Assembly (NCBI GenBank): GCA_032718475.1
Contig: JAUCBJ010001297.1
Coordinates: 1-64,000 of the forward strand
Direction of reading: 5' to 3'
DNA: 64,000 nt
DNA from: Nemertoderma westbladi
Lineage: Eukaryota > Animalia > Xenacoelomorpha
In this document: positions 13,095 to 25,826 of the stretch, piece by piece
Numbering within the stretch: position 1 is the first letter of the stretch
Layout: every line of letters starts with the position of its first letter
Translations under genes and position numbers: made by a program
Notes under the pieces: model-generated
What the model saw: the letters and a program-made list of their open reading frames with translations, nothing else
What the model was told of the DNA's origin: nothing
The model's database searches: none

Positions 13095-14855
13095 ACCGCG
13101 TTTTATGAATAGCTTTAGGCAGAAGCTAATAAACCAACAGGTTGATGCCATCAATGATGCCGACGACAGCAGGTAATCATCCCAGGCATGGAAATCGATC
13201 AACTTGCTTACTGGGCGGAAAAGCCAACCAACCACCAAGGTTAAGGCTGAATCACCAGCCGATCGCCTCAATGGTTGGAAGGCCCACTTTGAAAAGCTCC
13301 TCAATAATGACAGGGTATTGCCTGATAACTTTATAGAAGTAAAAGTGTCTGAGTCTGTACTCCCAGATATTCCCATTGGCGATATCTCCTTTGCAGAAGT
13401 CAAGGCTGCTGCAAAGAGCAATCGTGCCAGTGGAGTAGATGGTGTTCCCCCTGAGGTCTTTAAAATACCTGAGTGTTTAAAGCTCATCTATCCCATCATA
13501 GTAGACATGTACCGAACAACAAGAGTCCCACAAGAAATGAAAACAAATAAATTGGTGACAGTTCCCAAGAAGGGCAACCTAACACTCTATGGTTCTTTTC
13601 GGGGAATCTCCTCATTGATCTCGATTGCTGCAAAGCTATACAATAGAATTCTATTAAATCGCATCAGGGATCCCATTGAGAGACTGCTCCGTGGAAATCA
13701 GAATTAAAGGTCGTAAAGGTCGTGGGACCATGGAACCCATTTTGGCACTTAGAAGGATAATTGAAGAGTTATCAAAAAAGAAAGACAGGCATCTGGCTGT
13801 TATCTTTGTTGACGTCTTCAAGGCCTTTGATTCAGTCTCCCGCTCACGTATGTTCAGTATACTTTCATTATATGGGATTCCTGATGAAATAATTGCAGCA
13901 ATCAGATCAGTATACGATGGTTCGACAATATTTGTGTCTACTGTTGATGGTGACACATAACCATTTGAAGTGTTATGGGGCGTCCTCCAGGGAGACACAC
14001 TTGCACCATTGCATTCCTGTTCATAATTGTGGTTGACTATGTTCTACGCATGTCCTTAGATCAACATAATGATGATGGCTCCAGAAGTCGAGGAAATTCT
14101 GCCAAGTACCTAACTGATCTAGACTTTGCTGATGACTTAGCCAGAAAGACCAACATTTTGACAGTTAACTTTGAAAGTTCTCAGCAAGTCTCTGATCGGA
14201 TGAGCATAAGCTCAAAGGATGGTATGCTTGAGCATGTGGACGACTTCTGTTACCTGAGATCATGGATCCGGAAGTCAGGTGAGGACCTTCAAATACGTAA
14301 GGTAAAGGCATGGGCAGCCTTGAATAGGCTTTCCAGGATTTGGAAGTCACCGAGAATTAATCGGAAACTTAAGGTCCGATTATTTAGAGCAGCAGTAGTT
14401 CCAGTACTCCTCTATGGGAGTCCATGCTGGGCTCTAACTGCTGAGGACACCAAATCTCTGGATCCCACATTCACAAGAATGCTATGCCGGGTTCATTGTG
14501 TCAAGTACAATGCACACATCTCCAACCAGACACTATATAACATTGGAGGTGTCTCATTGGTTCCCCCAAGCTTGACACTAGAACAAAATCGCCTCCGCTT
14601 TGCAGGACATTGCTTTCGCCGTGAGGACCAGCCAGTGCATAATCTTGTACTTTGGCAGCCTCATGGAGTGAATAAGCATGGTGGACAGCCCATGACTTTC
14701 TTGAGACGCATCTTAAAGGACACTGGTCTTGAAGATGCGGATGATCTAGCAAATGTCATGGGTGATAGGGAGTTGTGGCGGCGCAATTTTGTCGACAAGC
14801 CGGCACAGCATTCTTAAAAATGCAACTGCAATGCAGCATGCCGATACTAGTAGTT
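13095..14855 (+). mobile_element. Degenerate 5'-truncated RTE-group LINE (family 2)
   Basis: ORFs 13204-14817 carry ASGVDGVP, PKKGNL, FVD..KAFDSV, DLDFADD and LRFAGH. The element ends ...PAQHS* followed by a TAG-repeat tail. Confidence 0.92.
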
Positions 14856-16621
14856 AGGCAGTTAGGCAGTTAGGCAGCAAAACAATCATATTTTCCAATG
14901 AAATTATTTGCCTTCAATTAAAACAACGTTGTATCTAAAAATTAATTGCTCATAATCTGCTTACATTGTTATGTCACGCACTTTTCGCTGAACACCATAT
15001 TTTGTTTGTACAGGATAGACATAAATAAGACGTAAATATCCTCAAAATTTTAATTCCTATTTTTATTAGTTTTTATACTCTGAATACTATTTCTAGGCCT
15101 GCCATTAACCCCTTCCTGGCTCTGGCTGGTGCGTAGGCGTACTGCAAAGCTCCCATTCAGTCCCTTACATGGTACGCTACTATAACGGTTTTATGGGTGC
15201 AGTACAGTTCCAGGTCTAATCTGGCTATCGAATCTGTATTACATTAGGCCTACAGTGCACTTAAATGGTAATTTTACATAAGAAATCCAACCAGAATTTA
15301 ATGGGCTTTCTGGTGAACCAATTTTATTTTTAATTTCAATTTTTTTTTCATATATTTAGCTTATTTTTTGAAAAATGGACCTCATTTAAAAAAAAAAAAT
15401 TGCCCAGTAATTGTGACACAAACTTTAAAATCACAATTCGGTGGTTATGCGAACATGATATAAAAAAATAATTGGTTCACGTTATTCTACGGTAAAAAAC
15501 GATCCTAGTGAGAAATTTTCAAGCCTATAACTCAAATAGCAGATGAGTAAATTATACCGAAAAAATGTGAAAAACACATTTTGAGAAAAATCCGGTTTAA
15601 ATTTAAACCTTTCCGCGCAAAAACTGTCTGTTATTATGAAATAATGTCTGTCAATATATGCCTAGCAAAAAGAAAGTACAAAACCATGCAAAGATTTTTG
15701 CTATGGGGATTTCCTGGTGGCTGATTTCATTTCTGAGGTCAGTTTTCACTTTTAATGAAATCTTGTTTGTTTGTATGTCTGTCTGTCGGTCTTTCTGACT
15801 ATTCGACAATCTGTCCGTCAAACATAAGAAAAGGGCATACAATCTAGTTAAACGTTTAGCTAGAGGGGTTTTCCTGGTCTCAGAATTCATTTCGAGTGTC
15901 AGATTTAACATTTGAAGACATCTAAATTTTATGTTTGGCAGTCGGTCTGTCGGTTATATTTTGACGGACATACTGACAGACAAACAGACAGAAACGACGA
16001 GGCCAAATTTGAATATTGACATCAGAAATTAAGTCACCGACCACGAAAACTCATACAGGGAATTTTTTTAGACAGATAGTTTGCTTTTTTATTGACGGAT
16101 AAACATATTGACGGACAAACCGACAGTCAATCGGACAGACAGCCATATCTCGAGAAGTAAGACATATCTTGCTAAAGGGGGGCAATTACAATTTTCTTTT
16201 TTAATGTTAAATGATCAATTAAGGGAAAGGAGCAGGTTAGAGTAGCACGTTATTCTAATCAAAACAATAGGCGAAAGTCATATAAACGGTTACAGTTATA
16301 TTTTTGAGAATAATCAGTTATTTGAGTCGATTTACCTGCACAGAGAAATGGGTTTTGACAATGACCAATAATGAGAAAGTAATAATTTTCATTATGAACT
16401 GAATGCCCAGCTGTGTCACATAGAATTGACCATTTAAACAACAACACGGTGAAATACAAGTCTATCTAAAATCAAGTTTTCGCTTATAATTTTATTTTGT
16501 TCTTGTTGGCCGGGTTAAAGTGATTAAAAACAAGCGCGAAATCTCGCAAAGATCCATGTCCAGTGGCTTAATACCAATCTTACAACAAAAAAATTAACCG
16601 GAATGGGGGATTAAACATCGG

Positions 16622-16672
16622 TACCTAGAGATTCAAAGTCCTACGCTCTGCCAACTGAGTCACTAACAGGGC
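16622..16672 (-). pseudogene. tRNA-derived fragment (5' half, SINE head-like)
   Basis: The minus strand reads GTGACTCAGTTGGCAGAGCGTAGGACTTTGAATCTCT, i.e. an A-box/D-arm plus an anticodon arm. No T arm or acceptor stem is present. Confidence 0.5.
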
Positions 16673-18009
16673 CGTATCACGCACAATACCAAAACAAAAT
16701 TGGAAATTAACAACAACAACAACAACAACAACGGATAGAATAGTAGAGGTCTCGCTACGTGGACCTAAAAAATCCTCTAGGCGAAGCAATGGAGGCATCT
16801 GAAAACATCCACTACTCCAATGATAGAGAATCAGGTGCGACAACCAAAAATAAATATATGCAAACGTAAAAAATCAAAGCAAAAGCACACAAACCCTGTA
16901 CATATAAAGCTAAATCATTGTAAATAATTGATTATTTTTATAATTCGATGCAGCAACGTCGTGAAGAAAATAAAAGTTTCAAAACATTTACATTATCTTT
17001 GATTTAATCATTATCAGATTTGTTTAATCAATATGAAGGTTGCATCTTGTGTTACTTAAAATTAATACAAACAAATTAATATAACTGGTACTTATTGTGT
17101 TACTTTACTGCAGTGAATTAACTGAAATCGGAGGTACTGAAGGAGTCTTAGTTAATTAGTTAATCATTGTGATAGTCACAATTCCCACGAGAGTGATCAC
17201 GGGATATCCGGTTGGTTTCGATGCGTTGTTGCCTGTTGGATCCGTTGCGGAGTCGGATTTGCCTAGTTAAATAAATGGAAGTTATTTAGATTTTAAGATC
17301 CACACGTTTTGATGTTTTATTATTTCTTTCTTATTTAACATTTTTTTGATTTTAGTTATATATTTTTGTTAATTTTAATCATTGGTCGGTTGGTTTGGAG
17401 TATATTAATGTTACAACAATAGAGTCTGTATCTATATTGTTAGAATTATTATCGGTTATATTACACAAATTAATTCTGTAATAAAAGTAAAGGTTTTTTA
17501 TCCTCTATTTCTTTTACCTCTATAAATGGCATCGGCCAATTACAAGAACCTCAATATATTTAGATTGCTGACATAAACTATGTACATGCTGTATTATATA
17601 CATTTTGTATATATTATGCTATTATCACTCAGTCAATGAAAATCAATGATAACAGTCATTTATTCAAATATTTTTTTTATGAAATTGTCCACTTAAAACC
17701 CTACTACTTCTAGAATTTTTGAGTGATTAGTATGAAACTTTCTGTGGGTGTCTAGATAGCCACCCTGCACAACTTTTCGAAATTTTTTGATAATCGAAAT
17801 TTAATACTACTTATAACAAACTTAAATAAATTAGCATAAATTTTCAGCGCCACCTAGAGGTGCAGAATTAATTTCACCAAATTTCGCCTGATAGTTATGT
17901 TGCCCCATCTTTGATCTATCATATAAAAAACTTTCATGTGATTATATTCAAAACTGTAAAAGCCTTAGGGTTTTAAATTTTTTTATTGTTAACTAGTATT
18001 AACTAGTGC

Positions 18010-18525
18010 CTAATAAATTGAGGGAAAGGAGCAGATTACAGAGGCGGGATTTTCTAACCAAAACAATAAATGATCACTTAACTAATTCAGGGAAAGGAGA
18101 AGGTTACAGAGGCGGGATTTTCTAACCAAAACAATAAACGATCACTTAACTAATTGAGGGAAAGGAGCAGGTTACAGAGGCGGGATTTTCTAACCAAAAC
18201 AATAAACAGTCACTTTACTAAATGAAGGAAAGGAGTAGGTTACAGAGGCGGGCCTTTCTAACCAAAACAATAAACGATCACTTAACTAATTGAGGGAAAG
18301 GAGCAGATTACAGAGGCGGGATTTTCTAACCAAAACAATAAACGATCACTTAACTAATTGAGGGAAGGGAGCAGGTTACAGAGCCGGGATTTTCTAACCG
18401 AAACAATAAACGATCATTTAACTAATTGAGGAAAAGGAGCAGGTTACAGAGGCGGGATTTCCTAACCAAAACAATAAACGATCACTTAACTAATACTAGC
18501 AGGATACAGAGAAGGGATTTTCTAT
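18010..18525. repeat. 68-bp tandem repeat, ~7.5 copies
   Basis: GAGGCGGG(A/C) recurs at 18041, 18109, 18177, 18245 and 18313. An isolated diverged monomer lies at ~16210-16270. Confidence 0.95.
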
Positions 18526-18714
18526 TTATTAGCACAACCGTTCAGCCGGTAGGCCTACCATTACCGTATTTAAATGGTAGGCTACACAGTAGGCCTACAG
18601 CAGTACCGGTACCGGTACTAAAATACCTAAAATACCTGCTTTAAACCTACATCTGTACATACAATACAGCAATACTGCAAAATAGTGCTCTATATACTAA
18701 TACCGGTACTGATA

Positions 18715-19470
18715 GTCTGAGAGAACAGCAGTAGAGAAACCGGTTGCATTGAACCTAACGGTAAATTTCTGGAGGAGTTCGCGTAAGCTACTGTATATCA
18801 GGCATTCTAGAAGGAAGTGGTATTCTGATTCAATACACCCCAAGTTGCATACTGGACATAGCCTGTTCAACCGTGGGATATTGTACCAACGTCCTTCTTC
18901 GATTTTTAATCTATGTGAAGTGCATATCCAACTAGCTACAGTATTGTACGTTAAAGAGCGGGGTAATTTTTAAGAACTATAAGGTACGGTTCGGTTCGAA
19001 ATGTATCTTTGACATAAAAGTCGCCTTTTGGGGAATTATCCAGGGTTGAAAACCAATTTTGGATAAACTGTCTCTGTAGCGTTTCCCTCACCTTTGCTAG
19101 GAACTCCCTCCCGTTTGGTACTGATTGCGCTTCCCAAGCCCAAGAAAATCCCAAATTATTTAGTGTATCCCGAACCCCTGACGTCCAATTTGTAATCCTT
19201 TGAGAATTAAGCCCTTCCACTGATATGAGATATACCCGTTTTACTAAACTATATGATGGCAATGACAATAATCGTAATCAGAATTTTATAATCCCAATGG
19301 TTCGGTCAATTGTCAACGGGAAGACACCGGTTTCTCCATAGATGATAAAATCTGGCGTTGAAGTTTTCACACCCAAATCATTTTTTAGAAATTTCAGCTG
19401 TAGTTTTTCTGTGTCCCTCCCATTTGTGAATCCCCAAACCTCAGATCCATACAGCAAATTAGGCTTAACC
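18715..19470 (-). mobile_element. 3' fragment of an RTEX-like LINE with a CCHC zinc knuckle
   Basis: Minus-strand translation gives LLYGSEVWGF...LGVKTSTP..IYGETG...WTSGVRDTLNNLGF...HRLKIEEGRW...RLCPVC...ESEYHFLLEC. Confidence 0.85.
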
Positions 19471-20279
19471 TTATTACCACTGGGGGGGGGGGGGGGGGGG
19501 GGGGGGGGAATCGGCCCCTTCCTAGTTTTTAGTTGCTGTACTCTGCAAACAATTTAACGTTAATAATGCATTAACAGAAACTCTGCTACGTATCTGTTGA
19601 TTTACAGAGTTAGTGAACGTTTCTGTTGATTTACAGAGTTAGTGAACGTTTCTGTGAACGTTATTTTCTCCCTGCAAACCACCAACGTTAATCTAACGTT
19701 GGGTTTATGTTAGACATTCGTTAAAAAATGACAGTTAGAATTTAACCATAAACCTACGTTAAAATACGTTAGATTTCTGTCAATTTTTAACGTTAATTTT
19801 TTACAGTAATTATACGTCAAAAATTTACAAATATCGGACAATACCATATTTTTTAACGTTACTTTAACGTTAATTTTTAACGTTAATTTTTTACAGTAAT
19901 TATACGTTAAAAATCAACAGAGATCTGACATTTCCAAATTTTTTAACGTTGATTTAACGTTAATTTTTAACGTTTATTATTCATCAATGGATAACATATC
20001 TATGTCTAGCTGACCATCCGCTGACTTTGTTCATTTCTTATTTTGTTAAATTTTTATGATACTTGTGTAATTTTTTAAATATTATTTTTAAATATTTGCC
20101 TTACTAGTCAGCATCTGTGTACCAGTACCAAGCGTACAGTATAAAAGTACAGTAAGTAAGCGTACAGTAGAAAAAGGGTGGAAAGAAGGATCTAGAAGAT
20201 GCTAGTGGGGCTGAAGCCGATAGCGAAGATGAATGAATATTATATATCGATAAAAACTTGGCCCTAATTACGTTACGGA

Positions 20280-20943
20280 TAACTTTATGAAACTGGATGT
20301 ACGTTTCGGTTAACTTTATGAAAGTGGATGTACGTTTCGGTTAACTTTATGAAACTGGATGTACGTTTCGGTTAACTTTATGAAAGTGGATGTACGTTTC
20401 GGTTAACTTTATGAAACTGGATGTACGTTTCGGTTAACTTTATGAAACTGGATGTACGTTTCGGTTAACTTTATGAAACTGGATGTACGTTTCGGTTAAC
20501 TTTATGAAAGTGGATGTACGTTTCGGTTAACTTTATGAAACTGGATGTACGTTTCGGTTAACTTTATGAAACTGGATGTACGTTTCGGTTAACTTTATGA
20601 AAGTGGATGTACGTTTCGGTTAACTTTATGAAACTGGATGTACGTTTCGGTTAACTTTATGAAACTGGATGTACGTTTCGGTTAACTTTATGAAACTGGA
20701 TGTACGTTTCGGTTAACTTTATGAAAGTGGATGTACGTTTCGGTTAACTTTATGAAAGTGGATGTACGTTTCGGTTAACTTTATGAAAGTGGATGTACGT
20801 TTCGGTTAACTTTATGAAACTGGATGTACGTTTCGGTTAACTTTATGAAACTGGATGTACGTTTCGGTTAACTTTATGAAACTGGATGTACGTTTCGGTT
20901 AACTTTATGAAACTGGATGTACGTTTCGGTTAACTTTATGAAA
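20280..20943. repeat. 31-bp minisatellite TAACTTTATGAAASTGGATGTACGTTTCGGT, ~21 copies
   Basis: Near-perfect head-to-tail units differing at a single C/G site, with no spacers. Confidence 0.98.
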
Positions 20944-21499
20944 CGGATGAGTCCGGTAGCAACCTACGGGTCTCTGAACTATAGATCTAAGCCTCCCATT
21001 GATAAATAAAAATTCCACAAATTTCTAATTCCGAATTCCAAAAATTCCACATTTCTAAAGCCTACTTTATAGTGTTATAGAAATTAAATTCAGAATTTCA
21101 TACAAGAAAAAATCATACATAATTATTGATTTTTTCATTGATCAATTACACGAGATTATGAATTTAAGCTTATGGTTTTAACACTTGAATTTGTTCAAAA
21201 TTACATTTCACTGTATGTAACTGGCAATTTGAAAATCTATCGTAATGTGATAATAACGTGTATTATATTAATATTATATCTAATACATAATTAAAATATA
21301 TACATAATTATTATATGTAATATTGATTAATCATAAGTAATGTGTTAATTGTGAGTTAATACAATATAATTTTGTCAATATTAAATGGCAAAGTTGTCTT
21401 CGGCCGTTAGGCCAGGGAAAACATTACGCACAAAGTCTGACGACTTGTTTCCAGATAAGGGGGCGTTCATAAAGTATGTCACGCACTGGGGGGGGGGGG

Positions 21500-22092
21500 G
21501 GTCAGGTGAGGACCTTCGAATACGTAAGGGAAAGGCATGGGCAGCCTTGAATAGGCTTTCCAGGATTTGGAAGTCACCTAGAATTAATCGGAAACTTAAG
21601 GTCCGATTATTTAGAGCAGCAGTAGTTCCAGTACTCCTCTACGGGAGTCCATGCTGGGCTCTAACTGCTGAGGACACCAAATCTCTGGATGGCACATTCA
21701 CAAGAATGCTACGCCGGGTACATTGTGTCAAGTACAATGCACACATCTCCAACCAGACACTATATAACATTGGAGGTGTCTCATTGGTTCCCCCAAGCTT
21801 GACACTAGAACAAAATCGCCTCCGCTTTGCAGGACATTGCTTTCGCCGTGAGGACCAGCCTGTGCATAATCTTGTACTTTGGCAGCCTCATGGAGTGAAT
21901 AAGCATGGTGGACAGCCCATGACTTTCTTGAGACGCATCTTAAAGGACACTGGCCTTAAAGATGCGGATGATCTAGCAAATGTCATGGGTGATAGGGAGT
22001 TGTGGCGGTGCAATTTTGTTGACAAGCCGGCACAGCATTCTTAAAAATGCAGCTGCAATGCAGCATGCCGATCCTAGTAGTAGTAGTAGTAG
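21500..22092 (+). mobile_element. 5'-truncated RTE-group LINE (family 2) inserted into a poly-G tract
   Basis: Nearly identical to ~14274-14850. It has a (TAG)n tail and G-runs on both sides. Confidence 0.93.
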
Positions 22093-22789
22093 GGGGGGGG
22101 GGTTAGAGCTTGCGTGACACTTTGTGACAGGTGTGAGGGGGGTGTCGACCTTTGTGACGGTCACGGCGATGCTCTACGGTATGCTTTAATGTTAGCTTGA
22201 CTTTGACTAATACATTTCTAGATGAGTGGGAAACTTTAAGGAAAAAACAATAAACTCAATAACATTGAAGTTAATCCCTAACATTAACAGGGCACCCCTG
22301 TCTAGTCTGCCTTGTACTGTACATATACAGTACTGTAGTTTGAAGCTGCTAAAGTATGTATAGGCTTTTAGTAAGAACTACTTCAGTCAAAATGTTTCAC
22401 TTTCTATTGTGCTTTCTAACTGTTATTAAATTACTGAAATAAAATACATTGACATTGACAATCATAACAACACATTTTGATGCTAACAAATACAATAGTA
22501 TTTGTAATTTCTCTGAATGCTATTTTTAATGCAACCACGGCTACAATAAACCGAGAGGATCATAGATTCGAGCTGAGTTTCAGCAGAGTAAGTGCAATAC
22601 AAAAGACCGCAACTACTTAAATTTATGCAAAAAAACCGTAAGTCAACAAGACTTGCGGTTTTTTGTCATCAGAATTTAATGAGGATTTCACATCTGGAAA
22701 TGGCTTGGCGAGATCTGTTGTATGCATTTTCAATAATTACCAGAAGTAGCTCCGATGAGAGAAAGCTTGTAATTAAACTATTGTTATTA

Positions 22790-23965
22790 ATTCCATTAGT
22801 CACCTGAGGTCAACCCACCCTAACCTAACTGTTTAATATGAGAATGCCTTCTTAGGTTGTTTCGAGTTATCACTGTCTACCGGTCTGACCGTCAAGATGT
22901 AAATTTAGACAGAGCCAGATAAGATAATAGCAATTGTCTGGAATATGTGATTATTTGACGTTAATTAACGTTAAGTTAATTAAGCGTTAATTATTATAAT
23001 TATGTTTTTATCACTGTCAGTTGTTTGTAATTTTTTGACGTTAAATACAATATATTTTGACGATCCAAACTGATTGTCAGTAATATGTCATTTTTTAACG
23101 TTAAACATACAATATATTTTGACGATCCAAACTGATTGTCAGTAATATGTCATTTTTTAACGTTAAACATACAATATATTTTGACGATCCAAACTGATTG
23201 TCAGTAATATGTCATTTTTTAACGTTAAACATACAATATATTTTGACGATCCAAACTGATTGTCAGTAATATGTCATTTTTTAACGTTAAACATACAATA
23301 TATTTTGACGATCAAAATACCTACCGTTTAAAATTAACGTTAATTTGCGTTAATTTTTAACGTTAAAAGGGCGGCCAAACTAACGTTATTTATATGTATT
23401 ATTAACGTTAATAATTAACGTTGGCATTGTCAGAAAATAACGTATATTAATGCATTATTAACGTTAAATTGTTTGCAGGGCTGACAATGCCAACGTTAAT
23501 TATTAACGTAAAAAATACATATAAATAACGTTAGTTTGGCCGCCCTTTTAACGTTAAAAATTAACGCAAATTAACGTTAATTTCAAACGGTAGTGATTTG
23601 GATCGTCAAATTATATTGTATGTTTAACGTTAAAAAATTACATATTACTGACAATCAGTTTGGATCGTTGGAATATACATATTGTATGTTTAACGTTAAA
23701 AAATTACAAACAACTGACAGTGATAAAAACATAATTATAATAATTAACGCTTAATTAACTTAACGTTAATTAACGTCAAATAATCACATATTCCAGACAA
23801 TTGCTATTACCTTATCTGGCTGACTATTGGTCTGGCTCTTACTATCAGTTTAAACTTACATCTTGACAGTCAGACCGGTAGACAGTGATAACTCGAAACA
23901 ACCTAAGAAGGCATTCTCATATTAAACAGTTAGGGTAGGGTGGGTTGACCTCATGTGACTAATGT
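22790..23965. repeat. Long inverted repeat (palindrome) with 47-bp spacer; arms contain 62-bp tandem units
   Basis: The left arm ends ...TTGGCATTGTCAG (23433) and the right arm starts CTGACAATGCCAA (23481). Complementarity extends to GGTCAACCCACCC/GGGTGGGTTGACC. Confidence 0.93.
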
Positions 23966-24552
23966 AATTAATAAATAACTTCAGTTAAATTAATAGCTTT
24001 CTCCTAAATTAAAAATACCTACTTCCAAAAATAATTACGGCCACAACAGCCTATCAGTTTCTCTCGTAAAAAAATGGAATTCCCTACCATTGGATGTACG
24101 GCAAACAAATATGTACACATCATTTAAGTCCAAGCTCCGTAAATTCTTTCTTTCAACCTACGCCAGAGATGAAATTACATAATCATTATCGAAATCCATT
24201 ACATTTAATCGCATCAATACATACTCCTTTCTTTGTGCTGTGGCGGTCGGTGGTAATTGGTTAGTTACATAGTTAGTTAGATACATATTACTAATAATAT
24301 TATTATAAATTAGAAATACGCTAGGTCTACCTTATTACTAGTCGCGATTATATATATAATGTTGTGTGAGGTGATATCTATATTTATATGTGTACTGTAC
24401 AATGTACATACTGGCCTGTTGACTAACAGCGCTTATTTTGACGCTTATGTGCTCAATCATCAGTAATCACTTTATGGTGTGCACTGCCTTGTAATGTATA
24501 GTTTATTCATACTTATAAGTTTGCAAATAAAAGAGACCTATCTATCTATCTA

Positions 24553-24700
24553 TCAAGTACAATGCACACATCTCCAACCAGGCACTATATAACATTGGAG
24601 GTGTCTCACTGGTTCCCCTAAGCTTGACACTTGAACAAAGCCACCTCCTCTTTGCAGGACATTTATTCCCACTTGAGGGCCAGCCTGTGCACAATCTTGT
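24553..24700 (+). mobile_element. Short internal fragment of RTE-group LINE family 2
   Basis: Matches ~14500-14650 (TCAAGTACAATGCACACATCTCCAACCAG...). Confidence 0.85.
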
Positions 24701-25575
24701 GATCTTGTGACAATCATAATCTTGAATCTCGACCGTGGATTGTGCACCGGTAATAGTTTATGTTTCGATAATCAAAGGCATCTAATGTTCTGGCCAAAGT
24801 CTGAAACTTCTACAGAAGTACAGAAGAATCCTAAGCCGGTGTTCTGGCTTAGAAAAGATAACATAACTACTACTGACATACACAGACTTGCTCGGTTTAC
24901 ATAGCTCTTTTCCAAGAAAAATGAAAATCGCTCTGATTGGCTGAGCCTAGCTGAGCCGAACAAAGAACACAGAGAACAAGGGAAAGTTCCACGTTGGCAG
25001 TAAATCAGCTGACAGATTGCGTCATCTGAGTCATCGTTTAGAGTATCAAGCGCATTGCGGAAAAAACTAGCTTTTTATGTCCGCTAAAGCACACATGCAG
25101 ACATAGCGGGTAAAAATGGCTTTTTTTGTCCGCTAAAATACCTACACGGTATATTGCGGAGAAAAACGGCTCATTATATCCGCAAAAGCTTTTACACCGC
25201 TCCCAGAAAATGGGATTTGAGTCTTTAAAATACACAAAATCACAGTTTCTAAAATATAAGAATACTCTAAACTACTAGTCTTTCTTACGTGAACGGCGTT
25301 TACAAAGTTTTTTGAGGCTAGCAAGAGTCCTTTTCTCTTTGGGGCGAGCCACTTTACTAGGAGGGCTATAACTCCTGGGTGAAGGGTGCAATACAATTGC
25401 ATCAGAAGGTTTAGGGTTACGGTCGGTGTCTCGTCCATTTCGATATGCTTCTCCTCGAGCTGATTTTCCTCCGCTTGTCGTTGGACGCGTTCGTCCAAAA
25501 ACTCTCGCAGAGAATAGGGCCGTCCAAGTTCGATAACTTCTTAGAGATTCTGGATTTCCCGATCGAACTGAGATA
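24698..25575 (-). mobile_element. 3' remnant of a BEL/Pao-type element: end of accessory ORF, PPT and LTR (~24698/24706-25196)
   Basis: Colinear homology with 54393-55250, including the minus-strand GGGAGCGG|TGTAAAAGC junction, the CCAATCAGAGCG box and a frame ending KRRSRKKD*. Confidence 0.7.
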
Positions 25576-25826
25576 AAATCTCAAGATTGTGACTCAATCT
25601 CGGACTCATTGGTTGGCTCATCTGAACACACTGATCTCATTCGATTGTGACAATGATTGAATTTGTCATTACCACATTTAAAATAGCTTGTCTCTGATAG
25701 GTTTTTTTGGATTCTCTGGGCAATTTTTTTGGTCTCTGGTTCCCTGGTATTGAAAACAGATAGTTTACCCCGAGAGAGATCAGAGATTTTTCAAATTGAA
25801 AATATATAATATTATCTTGTACTATC

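Larger units (their letters stand above)
19541..23480. mobile_element. Non-autonomous TIR element rich in AACGTT motifs, containing nested repeats
   Basis: CTCTGCAAACAATTTAACGTTAATAATGCATTAA (19541) matches TTAATGCATTATTAACGTTAAATTGTTTGCAGGG (ends 23480), a 34-bp TIR with one mismatch. Confidence 0.75.

Noticed and set aside
14853-14878. TTAGGC-containing repeats as telomeric sequence
   Set aside because: Only three copies of an 8-mer (AGTTAGGC) at a LINE tail.
20280-20943. CRISPR-like 31-bp repeats
   Set aside because: Units are contiguous with no spacers, there are no cas genes, and the context is eukaryotic.
21385-22044. 219-aa ORF as a host gene
   Set aside because: A chance fusion of flanking/MITE sequence with a LINE 3' fragment.
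25142-25498. 118-aa ORF MDERVQRQ...
   Set aside because: This frame has stops in the paralogous copy at ~54900-55200 and runs into the LTR. The alternative frame ending RKKD* is the conserved one.
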